From the NCBI RefSeq assembly GCF_018977255.1, contig NW_024704743.1, positions 63,118,001 through 63,182,000 of the forward strand: DNA of 64,000 bases, given 5' to 3'. Under the pieces are notes generated by a model that was given only the letters and a program-made list of their open reading frames with translations, did no database searches and was not told the DNA's origin. Both the position numbers and the translations under genes were made by a program. How positions within the stretch are numbered: the stretch's first letter is position 1; every line of letters begins with the position of its first letter. The stretch is from Callorhinchus milii (Eukaryota). This document shows positions 35,309 through 48,569 of the stretch, piece by piece.

Positions 35309-38300
35309 TAGAATCATAGAATGATACAGCACAGAAGGAGGCCATTCGGCCCATCGTGTCTGTGCCGGCTCTTTGAAAAGAGCTATCCAATTCAATTCTA
35401 CTCCCCCCGCGTTCTCCCCATAGCCCTGCATACCTGTCCTCCCCAAATAATTATCTACTTCTCTCTTAAAAGTTCTCTCTCGAATCGGCTTCCACCATCC
35501 TTTCAGGCAATGCATTCCAGATCCGAACAACTCGTGTGAAAAAATTTCTCCTCACCTCCCCTCTGTTTCTTTTAACAACTATTTTAAATCAGTGTCCTCA
35601 GGTTATCAACCCAACCACTCCTTGTTCACCAATCGAATCCCCTCTTAATTTTGAAAACTTCTATTCAGTCTCCTCTTAACCTTCTATGTTCCAAGGAGAA
35701 TAATTCTAGCTTCTCTAGCCTCTCCTGATAACTGAAGTTCCTCATTCCTGGTGCTATCCTGGTAAATCTCCTTTGCACCCTCTCCAATGCCTTGACATCC
35801 TTGCTAAAGTGCGGTGCCCGGAACTGAACACAATACTCTAGCTGAGGCCTAACCAGTGTTTTATAAAGGTTTATCATAACTCCCTGACTTTTGTATTCTA
35901 CACCCCTAGTATCCCGTATGCTTGTTTAGCAGCTTTATCTACCTGTCCTGCCACCTTCAAAGATGTACTTATATGAACACCCAGGTCTCTCTGTTCCTTC
36001 ACTCCCTTTAAGATTGTACCATCTAGATTATATTGCCTCTCCTCATTCTTCCTCCCAAAATACATCACTTCGCACTTCTCCACATTAAACTTCATCTGCC
36101 ACATTAGAGACTTGTAACCAAAATAGAAGCCCACTTTACTAGTCTGTCTATGTCCATTTGCAGTCTGCTACTATCCTCTTCACTGTTTACTATTTTCCCA
36201 GCTTAGTATCATCTGAAAACTTGGAAATTGTACTCCCTATACCTAAGTCCAGGTCATTTATATAGATCAAAAACAGCAGTGGTCCCAATACTCACCCCTG
36301 GGGGACACCACTGCACATTTCCCTCAAGTCAGAAAAACAACTGTTCACCACCACTCTCTGCTTTCTGTCTCCCAGCCAGTTCTGTATCAATGCTGCCACT
36401 GCCTTTAATACCGTGGGCTTCTATTTTGCTTACAAGTCTCTTATGTGGCACTTTATCAAACGCCATTTGAAAATCCTTATAAACTACATCAACTGCACTA
36501 CCTTCATCCACTCTCTCCGATACTTCATCAAAAAACTGAATCAGGTTTGTTAGACATGATTTGCCTTTAATAAACCCATGTCAGTTGTCCTTTATTAACC
36601 CATATTTCTCTAAGTGAAAATGTATTTTGTCCTGGACTATAGTCTCTAGAAGTTTCCCCACTACTGACATTAGACTGACTGGCCTGTAGTTCCCAGGTTT
36701 ATCCTTCTGCCCCTTTTTGTACAGGGGAGTAACATTTGCAACCCTCCAGTCCTCTGGTAGCATCCTGGCGTCCAAGGAGGATTGTAAGCTGGTGGCCAGA
36801 GCCTCCGTTGCTTCCACCCTTGCTTCCCTCAATAACCTAGGATGCATCTCGTCCGGACCTGGTGACTTATTTACCTTGAGCATCGACAACCTTTTTAGTA
36901 CCTCTTCTCGGTTTATTCTTATTTTATCCAATTTCTCTAACCTCTCCTCCGATACTGTGGAATTGGCTGCATTGTCTTTTTTTGTGAAGACTGATGCAAA
37001 GTATTTATTCAGTACATCAGCCATGCTCTCTGCCTCCACAAGAAGATTTCCTCTTTGGTCCCCAATTGGACCGACCCTAACTTTGACTAACCTTTTATTC
37101 TTTATATGCTTATAAAATACCTCAGGGTTCTCTTTTATGTTACCTGCTAATCTTTTGTCGAACATTCTCTTTGGGCCTCTTATTTCCTTTTTCAGTTCTC
37201 CTCTGTACTTTCTATATTCTATTTGATTATCTTCTGTATTTTGATCTGACATTTATCATAAGCCTCCTTTTTGTGTTTTATCTTAATCCCAATTTCCTTA
37301 TTCATCCAGGGAGGTTTGGATGCCCTAAATTTCCCCTTTGTGGGAATGTATTTGTTCTGTTTTACCTGCCAATCTTTCTTTCCAGTCCACCTTGGCTAGG
37401 TCCCTTTTTAACTCACTGAAATCAGTCCTCTTCCAGTTGGGTATCTTCACCTTTGATTGTTCCTTGTCCCTTTCCATACGTACTCTAAACCTAATGATGT
37501 TGTGATCACTGTTGTCCAGATGCTCTCCTACTGAAACCTGCTCCACTTGCCCCACTTCATTCCCCAGAACTAGATCCAGCACTGCTTTCTCCTTGTTGGC
37601 CTGGAAACATACTGATGTAGAAAGTTATCCTGCACACATTTCAGGAATCCTTCCCCTTCCTTGCACTTTACACTGTTATTTTGCCAGTCTAGGTTAGGAT
37701 AATTGAAGTTCCCCATTGTCACTACTCTATTGGTTTTGCATCTTTCTGAAATCTGTTTGTAGATTTGCTCATCTATCTTCTTCCCACTATTTGGTGGTCT
37801 CTAGCATACACCTAACAGAGCAACTTCTCCTTTTCTGCTCCTTAACTTTAACCAAATAGATAATCCCCCATCTAATCCCTCCCTTTCCTGGATTTCGTGG
37901 AGTCCTGTAGCTCAGTGGTAAGAGCACTCGCTTTGCAAGCGAGAGACCTAAGTTCAATTCCAGGCAGGGCGAAACCTTGGGCAAGTTTCCTTACTCCACA
38001 CAGAGCCTAATAATAATCCTTCCAAAACCAAAAACAATAATAAATTGGTCATTTTCAATCTACGACTGTTTGTGGGACATTGCTGTGCGCAATTGGCTGC
38101 CGTGTTCGCCCACAAATATACAATCAATTCACTTTACAGTGTGTTCTGTGAAGCGCTTTGGGACGTCCTCCCGACGTGAAAAGCGCTACATCAAATGCAA
38201 GGATTATTATTACTCCTTATTACATTGCTATTCATCTTTCCCAGCCTTCTATGCAACTTGTTTGTGCTTGCTAATGCTATATCCTGATTCCCTTCCCCCT

Positions 38301-39537
38301 TTAAAATTAGTTTAAACCCTTCCCCACAGCACTAGATAACCTCCCTGCAAGGACTTTGGTCCCAGCCCTGTTCAGATGTAACCCATCCACCTTGTACAGG
38401 TCCCATCTGCTGCAGAGCTGGTCCCAATGATCCAGGAACCTGACGCCTCCTTACTGCACCATTTCTTCAGCCATGTATTCATGTGTTTGATCCTGTTGTT
38501 TTGATACTCACTTGATGAGGCACTTGTGAGTAATCCAGAGATCACCACCTTTGAGGTCCTAGTCTTTAGCTTTTTCCCTAGCTTCTGATACTCTCCCTGT
38601 AGGATCTCAGCCCTTTTTTTCCCTACGTCGTGGATCTCAACATGGACCACGACTTCTGTATGCTCTCCTTCCCCCTGTAGAATGTTTTGCTCACATTCCT
38701 TGATGTCTTCAACCCTGGCACCAGTCTACTCCTTTCACCATTGTGTCCCCAGTGACAATTGCATTGACACTCTTCCCTGTGTCCCCCTGTGCATCCGTTT
38801 GCTTTTGACTCCCCTCCCCAGAGGTGTCAGCACCCTCACCGGTATTCAGTACAGAAAACCGATTTGTGAGTGCCACACTCTCAGGTGATTTCTGCACTGC
38901 TCGTCTCCTCTTCTTACCAAGCTGGGTGGTCATCCACTCATTCTCCTTCTGAACCCTCAGTGATTATGGGGTGACCACCTCCTGAAATGTTTGATTCATG
39001 CACTCTTCAGTCTCCTGTATGCTATGTAGTGACACCAGCCTCTCCTCGAGCTCAGAAACTCTGAGCTCAAGATCGAGCAGCCAGAGGCACTTCTTACTTT
39101 CTTCCCGCTTTTCCCACCCCACCATCAGTGGTTGTGCCTTCAGCCCCACCCTCTGGAACTCCATCCCACATTCCCTCTGCCTCACCCCCTCCCTCCCTCC
39201 TTTGCCTCCATCAAGACCCTCCCCTTCGATCAACCATGCCTTCGGTCACCCTCCTACACACTTGTGTGCCCAGGGCACACAAACCATCCTGGGTTCCCAT
39301 ATGGCACATATTGTGCATGCAACCAGTCTCAGCTGCCCTGCCATATACCCAGACATGTTTTATATTATTTTAATATAAATAATTGATATTATTTTAATAT
39401 AAATATTAGATATTTTATAATTCTGCACCTCTTTCTCCCTTTGCACTGAATTCCCACTCTCACTGAATTCCTTAACAGAATTCTCATTCTGTTCCACCTC
39501 ACTCAGTTCCCTCCTCACACCTCTGGGCTCTCTGCTC
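35309..39537 (-). mobile_element. Near full-length decayed CR1 LINE (5' UTR, ORF1 with zipper and SGNH esterase, ORF2 APE+RT, (ATTCTATG)n tail)
   Basis: LDLVLGNEVGQV...SDHN; KSPGPDEMHPRLL; DWRVANVTPLYKKG..PGNYRPVSL; AFDKVPH; LYKTLVRPQLEYCVQF; ORF1 LELRVSELEERL and KVVISGLL. Confidence 0.93.
37898..38212 (+). mobile_element. Full-length young tRNA-derived SINE nested in CR1
   Basis: Nearly identical to 1934-2258. Confidence 0.9.
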
Positions 39538-40130
39538 CTCTGCCACATTGCCTGCCTCTGATCTTAAGCTAGCGCAGAAGCAGCTTAAACACTCGTCCAT
39601 GTGTTTGTCACCTCCCAATTCGACTTTTCAAATGCCCCCTTTGCCGGTCTCCCCAGCTCCACCATGCACAGGATCCAACTGATCTAAGACTCCGCCACCC
39701 GCTTACCCACCGTGCTAAACTCCATAACTCCATCACACAAGTTCTAGCCAGGCTCGAATGGCACCCTATTGCAGAACGGATCGATTTCAAGATAGTCAAA
39801 ATCGCTTTCAAATCCCATCAGGTTCTGGCACCTCCCTACTTTTCCAACCTGCTTACTCCCCGACCCACTACCCACTGCCTCTGCTTGATTTGCTTCAGAC
39901 TCTTGGTTGTCCCTCATGCCCTCCGTTCCACCGTTGGTGGCCGCGCTTTCAGCCACTACGCCCCGAAACTCTGGAACACTCATCCTCTATGCTTTCTCTT
40001 CTTTCCCCATCTTCAGATCATACCTGAAGACCTTCCTCTTCGACAGTGCCTAACACTGGGAGTCGTGCTCCTCCACTGTCAAGCGCTCTGGGGCATTACC
40101 CTACATGAGTACAAATGCAAGTTGTTGTTT
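39538..40130 (+). mobile_element. Old L2, right half
   Basis: GTTTGTCACCTCCCAATTCGAC; TVGGRAFSHYAPKLWN; tail ACAAATGCAAGTTGTTGTT. Confidence 0.8.
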
Positions 40131-40699
40131 ATGATAAAATTTGTTAAGAAATACCACAAAATCAGCCTTATCGTGTTCTGGTAGAAACTCTCCTATACCT
40201 GGCTACTGTCAGTGGCTGGTTGGCACACTGGTACTAGCTCTCCTACATCTTGTAGTGCTAGCAAGCACAACAGGGAGCCACACAGCAATCAAATCAGCCA
40301 TTAGAGCTAGTACCAGGGTTGCTCACAAGCTACTCACTGAGACTCATTCTCTACCACATTGTAATACACACTGTAACAACGCACTCAGTAAAGCTCATAC
40401 TGTACACCATGCACCTAGGTGTATTATTCATGCAGGGAATTATTATTCATGCAGGGAAAAGCAGGATTTAATTTTAAATGGCGAATTGTTGGATTTTCAA
40501 GATACAACAATTTACTGACTGTTAAAGATGCCCTGACATTATACCCAAGGAGGCTGTTCGGATATTGTGTATTTGCCAACAGAAAAAAATTCCTGTTTCA
40601 GGACCAACGTTGAACATTGGCAAATTTAGACAACAGATTTTCTTCAGTCACGAGCAAAACCCTTGTTTGTTGTTGCATCTTATTTAAAAGCGTTTTGGT

Positions 40700-41010
40700 A
40701 TCACCCTGACTCAGTTAGTCACACTCTCACCTCTGAATGAGAAGTTTGTGGGTACAGTTCAGATTGACCCTCCAATGAGGTGCTGGGGGAGAAAATGCTG
40801 CATCATTAAAAATTCCATGACACTACTTGAAAACAGAAAGTAGCTTATTTTGGTCTCCTGGCCAACAATTGTCCAGAAAAAATAGAAAATTCACTCGATA
40901 GCTGATTGTATGATTTTCTGTGCCTATATTGGCTGTCATGTTTACCCACCAAATACGCCACACCACTTTACAATGAAGCGCTTTGAGAAATCTCACCATT
41001 GATAATTATT
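40700..41010 (+). mobile_element. Degraded Deu-type SINE
   Basis: GACTCAGTTAGTCACACTCTCACCTCTGAATGAGAAG...GAAGCGCTTTGAGA. Confidence 0.55.
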
Positions 41011-42269
41011 ATTAATAATTCATTGATGTCTCTGGCTTCCTCACATATATTAGTGAGCAGTGCAGCATTGTGCTCAGCATTGAAAGACTTTGTAAAGTCT
41101 TTCCAAAGCAGCATGTATCAATTTCAGGCTGTGGAAAACATTCTCTTTACAACTGGAGTTTCTTGGGCAGATTAAATGATGAAACAAATCAAAATGAAAT
41201 GCTTGGAGCGAGATGCAGCGTTGATATGCATCAATGTATTTTAATAGAAGTTGTTAGCAGTCGTTTTTCTCTTTATAGTTGAGCCACCTCAATAAAATTT
41301 TTAAAAGAAAGACATTTGTATTGAAATGACAGTGGGCAGCAGCGGCTGTTGAAGATCAGCTAACTACCTCCAAAATAAAGCAGTTTGAGAGGAGACTTCA
41401 GCTTTGAACAAGCTGAGGGTAACTAAGGTCTATTGTGCTTTGGTTCTTATAGGAAAATTCCATAATCAATACAGAGAAAGCCCGCTAGTGTCAGCAAACA
41501 GGCTGTGCTGGACCAACAGTTTTAACAAGGAGAAATTGTTAGGCTTAGTTGAGGAAGGGCAGGAGGGGGCTCTTGTGGAACATAAACACCGGCATAGATC
41601 AGTTGGGACGAATGGCCTGTTTCTGTGCTGTATATTCTAATGTATTCTAATGTAAATGATAAGTTAAAAAAGCTGAAATTGTATGTAATGTCCTTCAAGT
41701 ATGGCCCATAGAACCTTTTAGTATGCCTGATGAATTTGAAATTGTAGGGGTTCATTGATCATTGAGTAAGCCGTGGATATATTTTCAATAATCCTACAAT
41801 TCAGAATGTTAAACCAATGTATTGTGAAGGTTTAATTCATGTAATGACTGGTCAGTCTAATTCATTGTGTTTAAATCCTCTATTAGAGTCTGGTCAGACC
41901 AATATTAAATTCAATGTTTGACCACCGTGGCTGGTGTGTTGTGGGTCTCACCTCAAACTGGCTGCAGAATGAGATGATACCACAAGGATCAATAACCATC
42001 CAGCACTTTCATTGCAAACTAATCCCTCAGGCAAACATTTCATCACTGTCTGCCATTTGTTCTGATTGCAGCCACACAAGAATTAAGTTGTATGATATGA
42101 GCTGGCAAAGCTGTTAAGCGAAAGGGCAACAAAAGAAGGAATTGTGGATCGTCACACATACAGTAGAGGGAATTGGAAATTGTCATAGTAGAGGAAAATG
42201 AACATTGCCAGCAGAATTGGAGATAATTCACATGGAGAAGAGAATTACATCTTTGGATACTAGTGTGTG

Positions 42270-42570
42270 CCAAGTGAGTAGATCTAAGAAGGGATAGAAT
42301 CTGAGGTACTACAATTGGCGACCTCTGGTCAAGGGATGAAAAAAATCAACCAGAATTCCTGCTCTGCATTGATATGGTGTAGCCTCCAGCCAGGAAATGT
42401 GTTCAGATATTAGGGTAGGATGGGTTTGGATTTGGCTGTGATGCCCCTCAACTCTCCTGACATTTACTTCCCAGGCTCACATATGGAGTTTGACCATTTG
42501 GGCAAAGTGTGGAGGGCAGTCACCATTGAGGGGAACTGCATTTCAGCACAAAACAACGCTGCTCCTTCAG
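42270..42570 (+). mobile_element. Probable ancient SINE-like repeat of another family (related piece at ~48120-48275, minus)
   Basis: ACTACAATTGGCG...AAAAATCAACCAGAATTCCTGCTC...GGCTGTGATGCCC...GGCTCACATATG resembles a repeat I recall from shark genomes; family not verified. Confidence 0.4.
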
Positions 42571-43032
42571 GAGAGAAGAAAAGGAAGAAAATAATGGAAA
42601 ATAGGCCAAAAGGTTAGAAAATACTAGAACCAGACTTTAACAAGCATTAATCGTAAGGTTCTTAAAAATAGGAAAGTGAACCCTAAAGGGGATTATTAGT
42701 CAAATAAAGGCTAGTATTGTTACTGCAGCAAAGAGTGGTTAAACAAAAGATCCATAGATAATGTAAAAACTGTATGTCAAACAAAATAATTTCTAGAGAA
42801 AACAGAACAAAGAATCCTGAAACTCACCAATTTTTCTTCAATGCCACTGCATGATTTGTGCAACCTCTGTTGTGTCAGACTGTGTGACTTGACTTCCAAT
42901 CAGAGGCTCAGAAAGAAATGAAGCTGACTTATGTTTTCATATCAAACTCTTTGTCACTAACATACTAATAAGAACATAGGAAGTCTACGGAGAAGTGTAC
43001 AAACTGGACACCAATGTGAATGAAATTGCATT

Positions 43033-43410
43033 ATAGAATCATAGAATCTTACAGAATAGAAGGAGGCCATTCGGCCCATCGTGCCTGTGCTGGCTCTTTG
43101 AAAGAGCTACCCAATTAGTTCCCCTCCCCCACTCTTTCCCTATAGCCTTGCAATTTTTTCCTTTTTAAGTAATAATAATTCTTGCATTTGATATAGCACC
43201 TTATCACATCATCGAGACATCTCAAAGAGCTTCACAGAATATACTGTAAAGTGGAGTGACTATGTATTTTGTGATCGAAATTTTATGTATAAAGTATATA
43301 GCTCATTCTTTTTCAAAAGTTATTATTGAATCTGTTTCCATCAGCCTTTCAGTCAATTCATTCCAGATCGCAACAAATTGCTGCGGAAAAAAATCTCCTT
43401 ATCTTCCCTC
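43033..43410 (-). mobile_element. CR1 3' end with a SINE tail inserted (~43170-43280)
   Basis: ATAGAATCATAGAAT...GAAGGAGGCCATTCGGCCCATCGTGCCTGTGC. Confidence 0.8.
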
Positions 43411-44147
43411 TGCTTTTTTTTGCTATGTAAAGAAAACGGGAATTTAGTTCCCCTATTTTATTTTACATGGTAAAATCATCTACTACGAAACTCCCTAAAA
43501 ATTCAACCCCCAAAATATCAGGAAAAATCCCAGTCCCAAACTGAAAGTCGTAATTGTGGTTGAACTTTTGCTTTTGGGTCATTTCTTGACTAAGAAAGGG
43601 CCTGAAAGGTTTGACAACCTGGTGACCCAGAGGTGAGAGTGCTATTATCTGAGCCAAGCTGAATAGTTTAATGAACCATGTTTAGAGTACACTTTTCTTC
43701 TAAACTAACTTCTCCTCTGATTGCACAATTTGGTTGGAGAAAACACTGAAAAGCATGTATTGCGCAAAAGAACAATTTGCCAATAGAGTGAACTTCTTAG
43801 TGAGTTTAAATGTTCCCTATTAATGTCCTTTTCTCCAAAGACCTGTATGTTTATTAGCACCTGCTTAGAAAGGTCATCATTCTCCTATGAGGCTTTGCTA
43901 ACAAGCATCAAATTGTGAATCTAGTGAATTAAGGCCTTAGGTACAGGATTTATTTTCCTTGTATCATTCCTGTAATATAGGGTGTACCGTTTGCAGCTAT
44001 TTTATCATCAGAGTACAGAAATTTGTTTCAGGTTTAATCGGTTTTACACGGGTTTGTAATATGGTTCCTATCTGGGGAAAAAACAAATTTAAAATGGCCA
44101 GAGGAAAAATAAAATTGAGTCACATATAAAATTTTCCTTTTTGATAC

Positions 44148-44460
44148 GTGGAGTCCTGTAGCTCAGTGGTTAGAGCACTCACCTAGCAAGTGAGCGACCT
44201 GGGTTCAATTCCAGGCAGGGCGAAACCTTGGGCAAGTTTCCTTACTCCACACGCCTAATAATAATCTTTCCAAAAAACAAAACAATAATAAATTGGTCAT
44301 TTTCAATCCACAACTGTTTGTGGGACACTGCTGTGTGCAATTGGCTGCCATGTTTCACCCACAAATATACGGTCAATTCACTTTACAGCATATTCTGTGA
44401 AGCGCTTTGAGATATCTAGCGATGTGAAAAGCGCTATATCAAATGCAAGGATTATTATTA
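44148..44460 (+). mobile_element. Full-length tRNA-derived SINE
   Basis: GTGGAGTCCTGTAGCTCAGTGGTTAGAGC...GGGTTCAATTCC...GGATTATTATTA. Confidence 0.9.
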
Positions 44461-44558
44461 CATAGAAATAACCTAATTTAAAATGTCAGCCTTGTGGAAT
44501 AAAAACTTCATCGTCACAGTAAATTATGAAAGACAGGTTTGTCTAAAATAAATAATCC

Positions 44559-45357
44559 TTGCCTTGGCACCTTCCCATGCCAACGCAGGAGATGCAATTC
44601 CTGCCCTTTCACCTCCTCCCATACTACTGTCCAGGGCCCCAAACACAGTTTTCAATGAGACAGCAATTTCCATGTACTACCACCAATGTAGTTTACTGCA
44701 TTCGCTGCTCACAATGTGGTCTCCTGTACACTGGGGAGACCAAACGCAGATTGGGTGACGGATTTACCAAACATCTCCATTTTGTCTGCAAGCACAACTC
44801 TCCCTCCCACTCGCACTCTGATCTCTCCATCCATAGTCTCCTACGTTGTTCCAATGAGCCACAGCGCAAGCTCAAGGAGCAGCACCTCATCTATCTGCTA
44901 GGGACTTTGCAGCCCTCTGGCCTCAATATTGATTTCAACAATTTCAGACCATAACAGCTCACTTTCCCCCTCCTCCTCTTCTGACTATTCCCACATCATC
45001 TTGGTCCCAGACACACTTTCGCTCTCCCTGATCTGCCTGTTTTGTTGCAAGTTCTTTCCCCCCAACCCTTTTGTTCTGCAGTATTAACACCTCTATTCCC
45101 CTGCTTTATTGCAATCCCCCCCTTTGTTTTGCATCATTAACACCTCCTTAAGCCATCATCCCCTGCCCTCTACCCCATTTTCTCTTTTGTCTTCCTTGTC
45201 CTGCCCCCCACTCTGTTAGCCCTTAAAAGCCTCTTCCCTCCCAACATGCCCCAGTTCTGATGAAGGGTCATAGACCCAAAATGTTGACTCACTTTCCTTT
45301 CTCCATAGATGCTGCCTGACCTGCAGAGTGTTCCCAGCGACTCCTGTTTTTGTTTTT
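44559..45357 (+). mobile_element. Penelope-like element 3' remnant (GIY-YIG endonuclease C-terminus + terminal repeat region)
   Basis: ORF 44559-44954: FPCTTTNVVYCIRCSQCGLLYTGETKRRLGD...EQHLIYLLGTLQPSGLN (GIY-YIG with CxxC, ending in the PxGLN motif). Confidence 0.88.
45253..45289 (+). ncRNA. Degenerate minimal type I hammerhead ribozyme of the Penelope element
   Basis: AGTT-CTGATGA-A-GGGTC(ATA)GACCC-aAAA-tGTT-GACT; the conserved GAAAC reads AAAAT. Confidence 0.7.
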
Positions 45358-46544
45358 AAATAATCCTTGCGTTTGATACAGCGCCTTTCACATCGGAAGG
45401 ATGTCTCAAAGCGCTTCATAGGATATACTACAAACTGTATTGATTATGAATTTGTAGGTAAACATGGTAGCCAATTTGTACCAATGATAGAATGTTTACA
45501 GCATAAAAGGAGGCCATTCTAGAGGAATATATCTTGTCTACATAATTGTAGAAAGTTTAGGTGCAGGTTGGCAAGCCAAGGCTGCTGAGTTTCTCCCACA
45601 AAATATACAGTCTATTCACTTTACACTTTACATATTCTGTGAAGCACTTTGAGATGTCTCAATGACACGAATGCAGGGAATATTTTATTATTCATTTATT
45701 GTATTTTGTGGACGAATCTTATTTAACTGTTATTTAATTACTGTCTTTGTCAGACAGGAACTGTGAAAGATTACTAAAGAATGCCCAGAGCTCAGAGGTA
45801 AGGATTCTGCTCTTACTCATGACTTGGATAACCACTAGGTATTTTGTAGTTTATACCCCTAAATGGTTTGCCAATAATTATTATAATTATTATTATATTG
45901 ATCACATCCGGATACAATGTACACAGTGGTCTTAATAATATTTTATACTGTGCCAGTAAAATAGTTTGGGATATCCATATGCACTGCTGATATGGCTCAA
46001 AATTTATCTGTGAATGTTTACATTTTGGGATGATTATTAACCCAGGATCTTTTTCTTGACTTCATTTATTAATAATATCTCCTTCATTCCACAATTCAAA
46101 TTTCCATTTGAACACCAATATTACATGCTACCTATGAATTATCTGCTTAATTGGTGAATCTATAGATCTCTCTGAGTGTTATTCTTTTCCTCCAGCAATA
46201 TAGTGCTGTTGACATTCCATGTTTATGCTTCTAACCAGATCATTTACAAATATTGGGAACAGAAAGGTCTCGGGATTGGTAAGAGTTTTCGAGATATAAT
46301 ACTTACCATTGATCATTTCCATTTGTATCCATTATTTAGGCATTTTGAATCATAATTTTATTGTTACCAATAAGCTTCTTGTATTGCACCTTATCAAAAG
46401 CCTTCTAATTCAAGATATAGTTTCTCCAGTAATATTTTTGGCTTGTCTTATCATCCAGATACCAACACGACTTGGAATTATTATTTGAGCACATCAAGGT
46501 CCTATACACAGAAGAGAATGATTATATTTATCTGGAGAATTGTA

Positions 46545-46788
46545 AGTCATGGCACTAGGAGAACATCATTTATCTTTTCAACTACTGTTATGGGAATATT
46601 ACAGGACACCTGAATAGGGAGACCGTTTAATATGACATCTGAAGTCCAGCACCTCCAAAAATGTAGCATTGTTGCAAAACTGGACTGGAGTATCAGCCTA
46701 GACTGTAAACCCAAACCCCAACATGGTGCTTGAGCCCACAACATTCTACTAGAGGAATGAGTACCACCAGCTGAGCTAAGCTGATACC
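46545..46788 (-). mobile_element. Deu-type SINE 5' part
   Basis: CTTGAGCCCACAACATTCT...ACCAGCTGAGCTAAGCTGATAC. Confidence 0.7.
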
Positions 46789-47067
46789 CGTGTACCAGTC
46801 ACAACAAAATCGAAAGACATTACGGCTTTTCATTCATTCAGATAATTCAGGATCAGTTTCCTCCTCTTTCTCCAGGCATCATGGAATTCCCAATTCTTTC
46901 TTCTTTTAAAGGTGCTGGGCCAACATCCTATACGCCTTTCACCATTCTTCATGCATAACCACGTTAGCAGCTATCTGTTACAGTACAAGTTACAATACAA
47001 TTTACAGTTGTATAGAGCCTTTCACGTCAAGGGGATGTCCCAAAGCTCTCAGCTTTCTTTGCATTCT

Positions 47068-48046
47068 TCAGGGCTCTGTCCTTGGCATCTCCCCTTCAAT
47101 ATCTATATGTTCCCTCTTGGTGACATCAACCACAGACATGGGGTCAACTTCCACATGTATGCGGATGACACCCAACTCTACCTCTCTGCCTCCACTCTTG
47201 ACGTCAGGACCACTGCTGCCCTGACAGAATGTCTGTCAGACATCAAGTCCTGGATGAGAGCGAACTTTCTTCAGTTGAATGTCAACAAGACCGAGGCTCT
47301 CCTGATTGGCTCCCGTCAACGCCTCTTCACCTCAGGCGCTGACAGCATCACCATCCATGGTTTCACACTCCACCTCACTAAGCCAGTCCAGAACCTTGGG
47401 ATCTTGTTAGATCCTCAACTGTCCTTTCTAGCCCACTTCAATGCTGTAACCTGCTCTGCCTTCCACCACCTTCACAACAACGCCCGACTCTGCCATTACC
47501 TCACCACTCAGGCCGCCAAAACCCTCATCCATGCATTTGTCACATCTAGGCTTGAGCCGATCATGCAGAACTCTGCAGCTTGTGTCCTCTCTCGCACTAG
47601 GCTCCGTAACCCTATCATCCCCAACCTCGCCCAATTCCACTGGCCCCCAGAGGATAGAGTTCAAAATCTTCATCCTCGCCTTCAAAGTCCTCCACGGCCT
47701 TGCTCCTCCCTACCTCTGTGACCTGCTGACCCCATATCAACCTCTCCGCTCCCTCCACTCAGCAGGCTCCGGACTGCTCCATGTCCCCTGACTGGCCCAA
47801 CCCTCCATCGGTGGTCGGGCCTTCAGCTTCTCTGCCCCCACCCTTTGGAACTCCATCCTCCTTCAAGGCACATCTCAAGACCCTCCTCTTTGACCGCACC
47901 TTCAGTCACCCTCCTACCCTTACCCTCCCTGCCCTCTACCCCTCCTTATCCTAACCCCCTGCTCTGGTCCAAATCGCTGCCTGTCCAGTGCGTTGGGACA
48001 TCCACCCGATGTGAAAGGCGCTGTACAAATGTAATTTGTTGTTGTT
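47068..48046 (+). mobile_element. 5'-truncated L2 LINE
   Basis: [13 protein letters not shown]...WMRANFLQLNVNKTE...AFVTSRL; tail CCGATGTGAAAGGCGCTGTACAAAT(GTT)n. Confidence 0.93.
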
Positions 48047-48569
48047 GGAGTACTTCACCAACTGAGCAAACCCATTTTTATCTGGTATCTACACGCATGA
48101 AGACACTTTCATGCAGGTTTTACGGATATGAATCCAGACCTGGAACTCTGTTTGTTTCTTCCCTTAATGTGCCCAGGGTCACTGAGAACAATCGTGTGAT
48201 TCCCTTACCCCATCTCACTGAGATCAAATAAGTCACTGGAGACCAGAAATTAAACCTGCGTCATTCATGGTCTGTGAGCTGTCAGGAGAGCTCCACCGCA
48301 TTGCCCCACAGATTTTTTCTCCAAGTAGCACTTCCACAGACAGTACAGCAATTTAGTATAAATTAATGGGCACAAGTTGTAATGACATTTCCCATCGAAA
48401 AGTTCAGCTGAAAGACTCTACTTTTTTTAATTCCTGGGTCTTTTATTACATTATTGTGAATAAATTATTCATTAAATAGCTGCAACTTCCATCAAGACCT
48501 TGTAGTGAGCTCCAAAGTTATTTTTCAAAATGAAACTTTTGCCCACTTTGGAAGAATTAGATTGTAAAA

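Noticed and set aside
36581..37252. 223-aa ORF
   Set aside because: CR1 ORF2 fragment, not a host gene.
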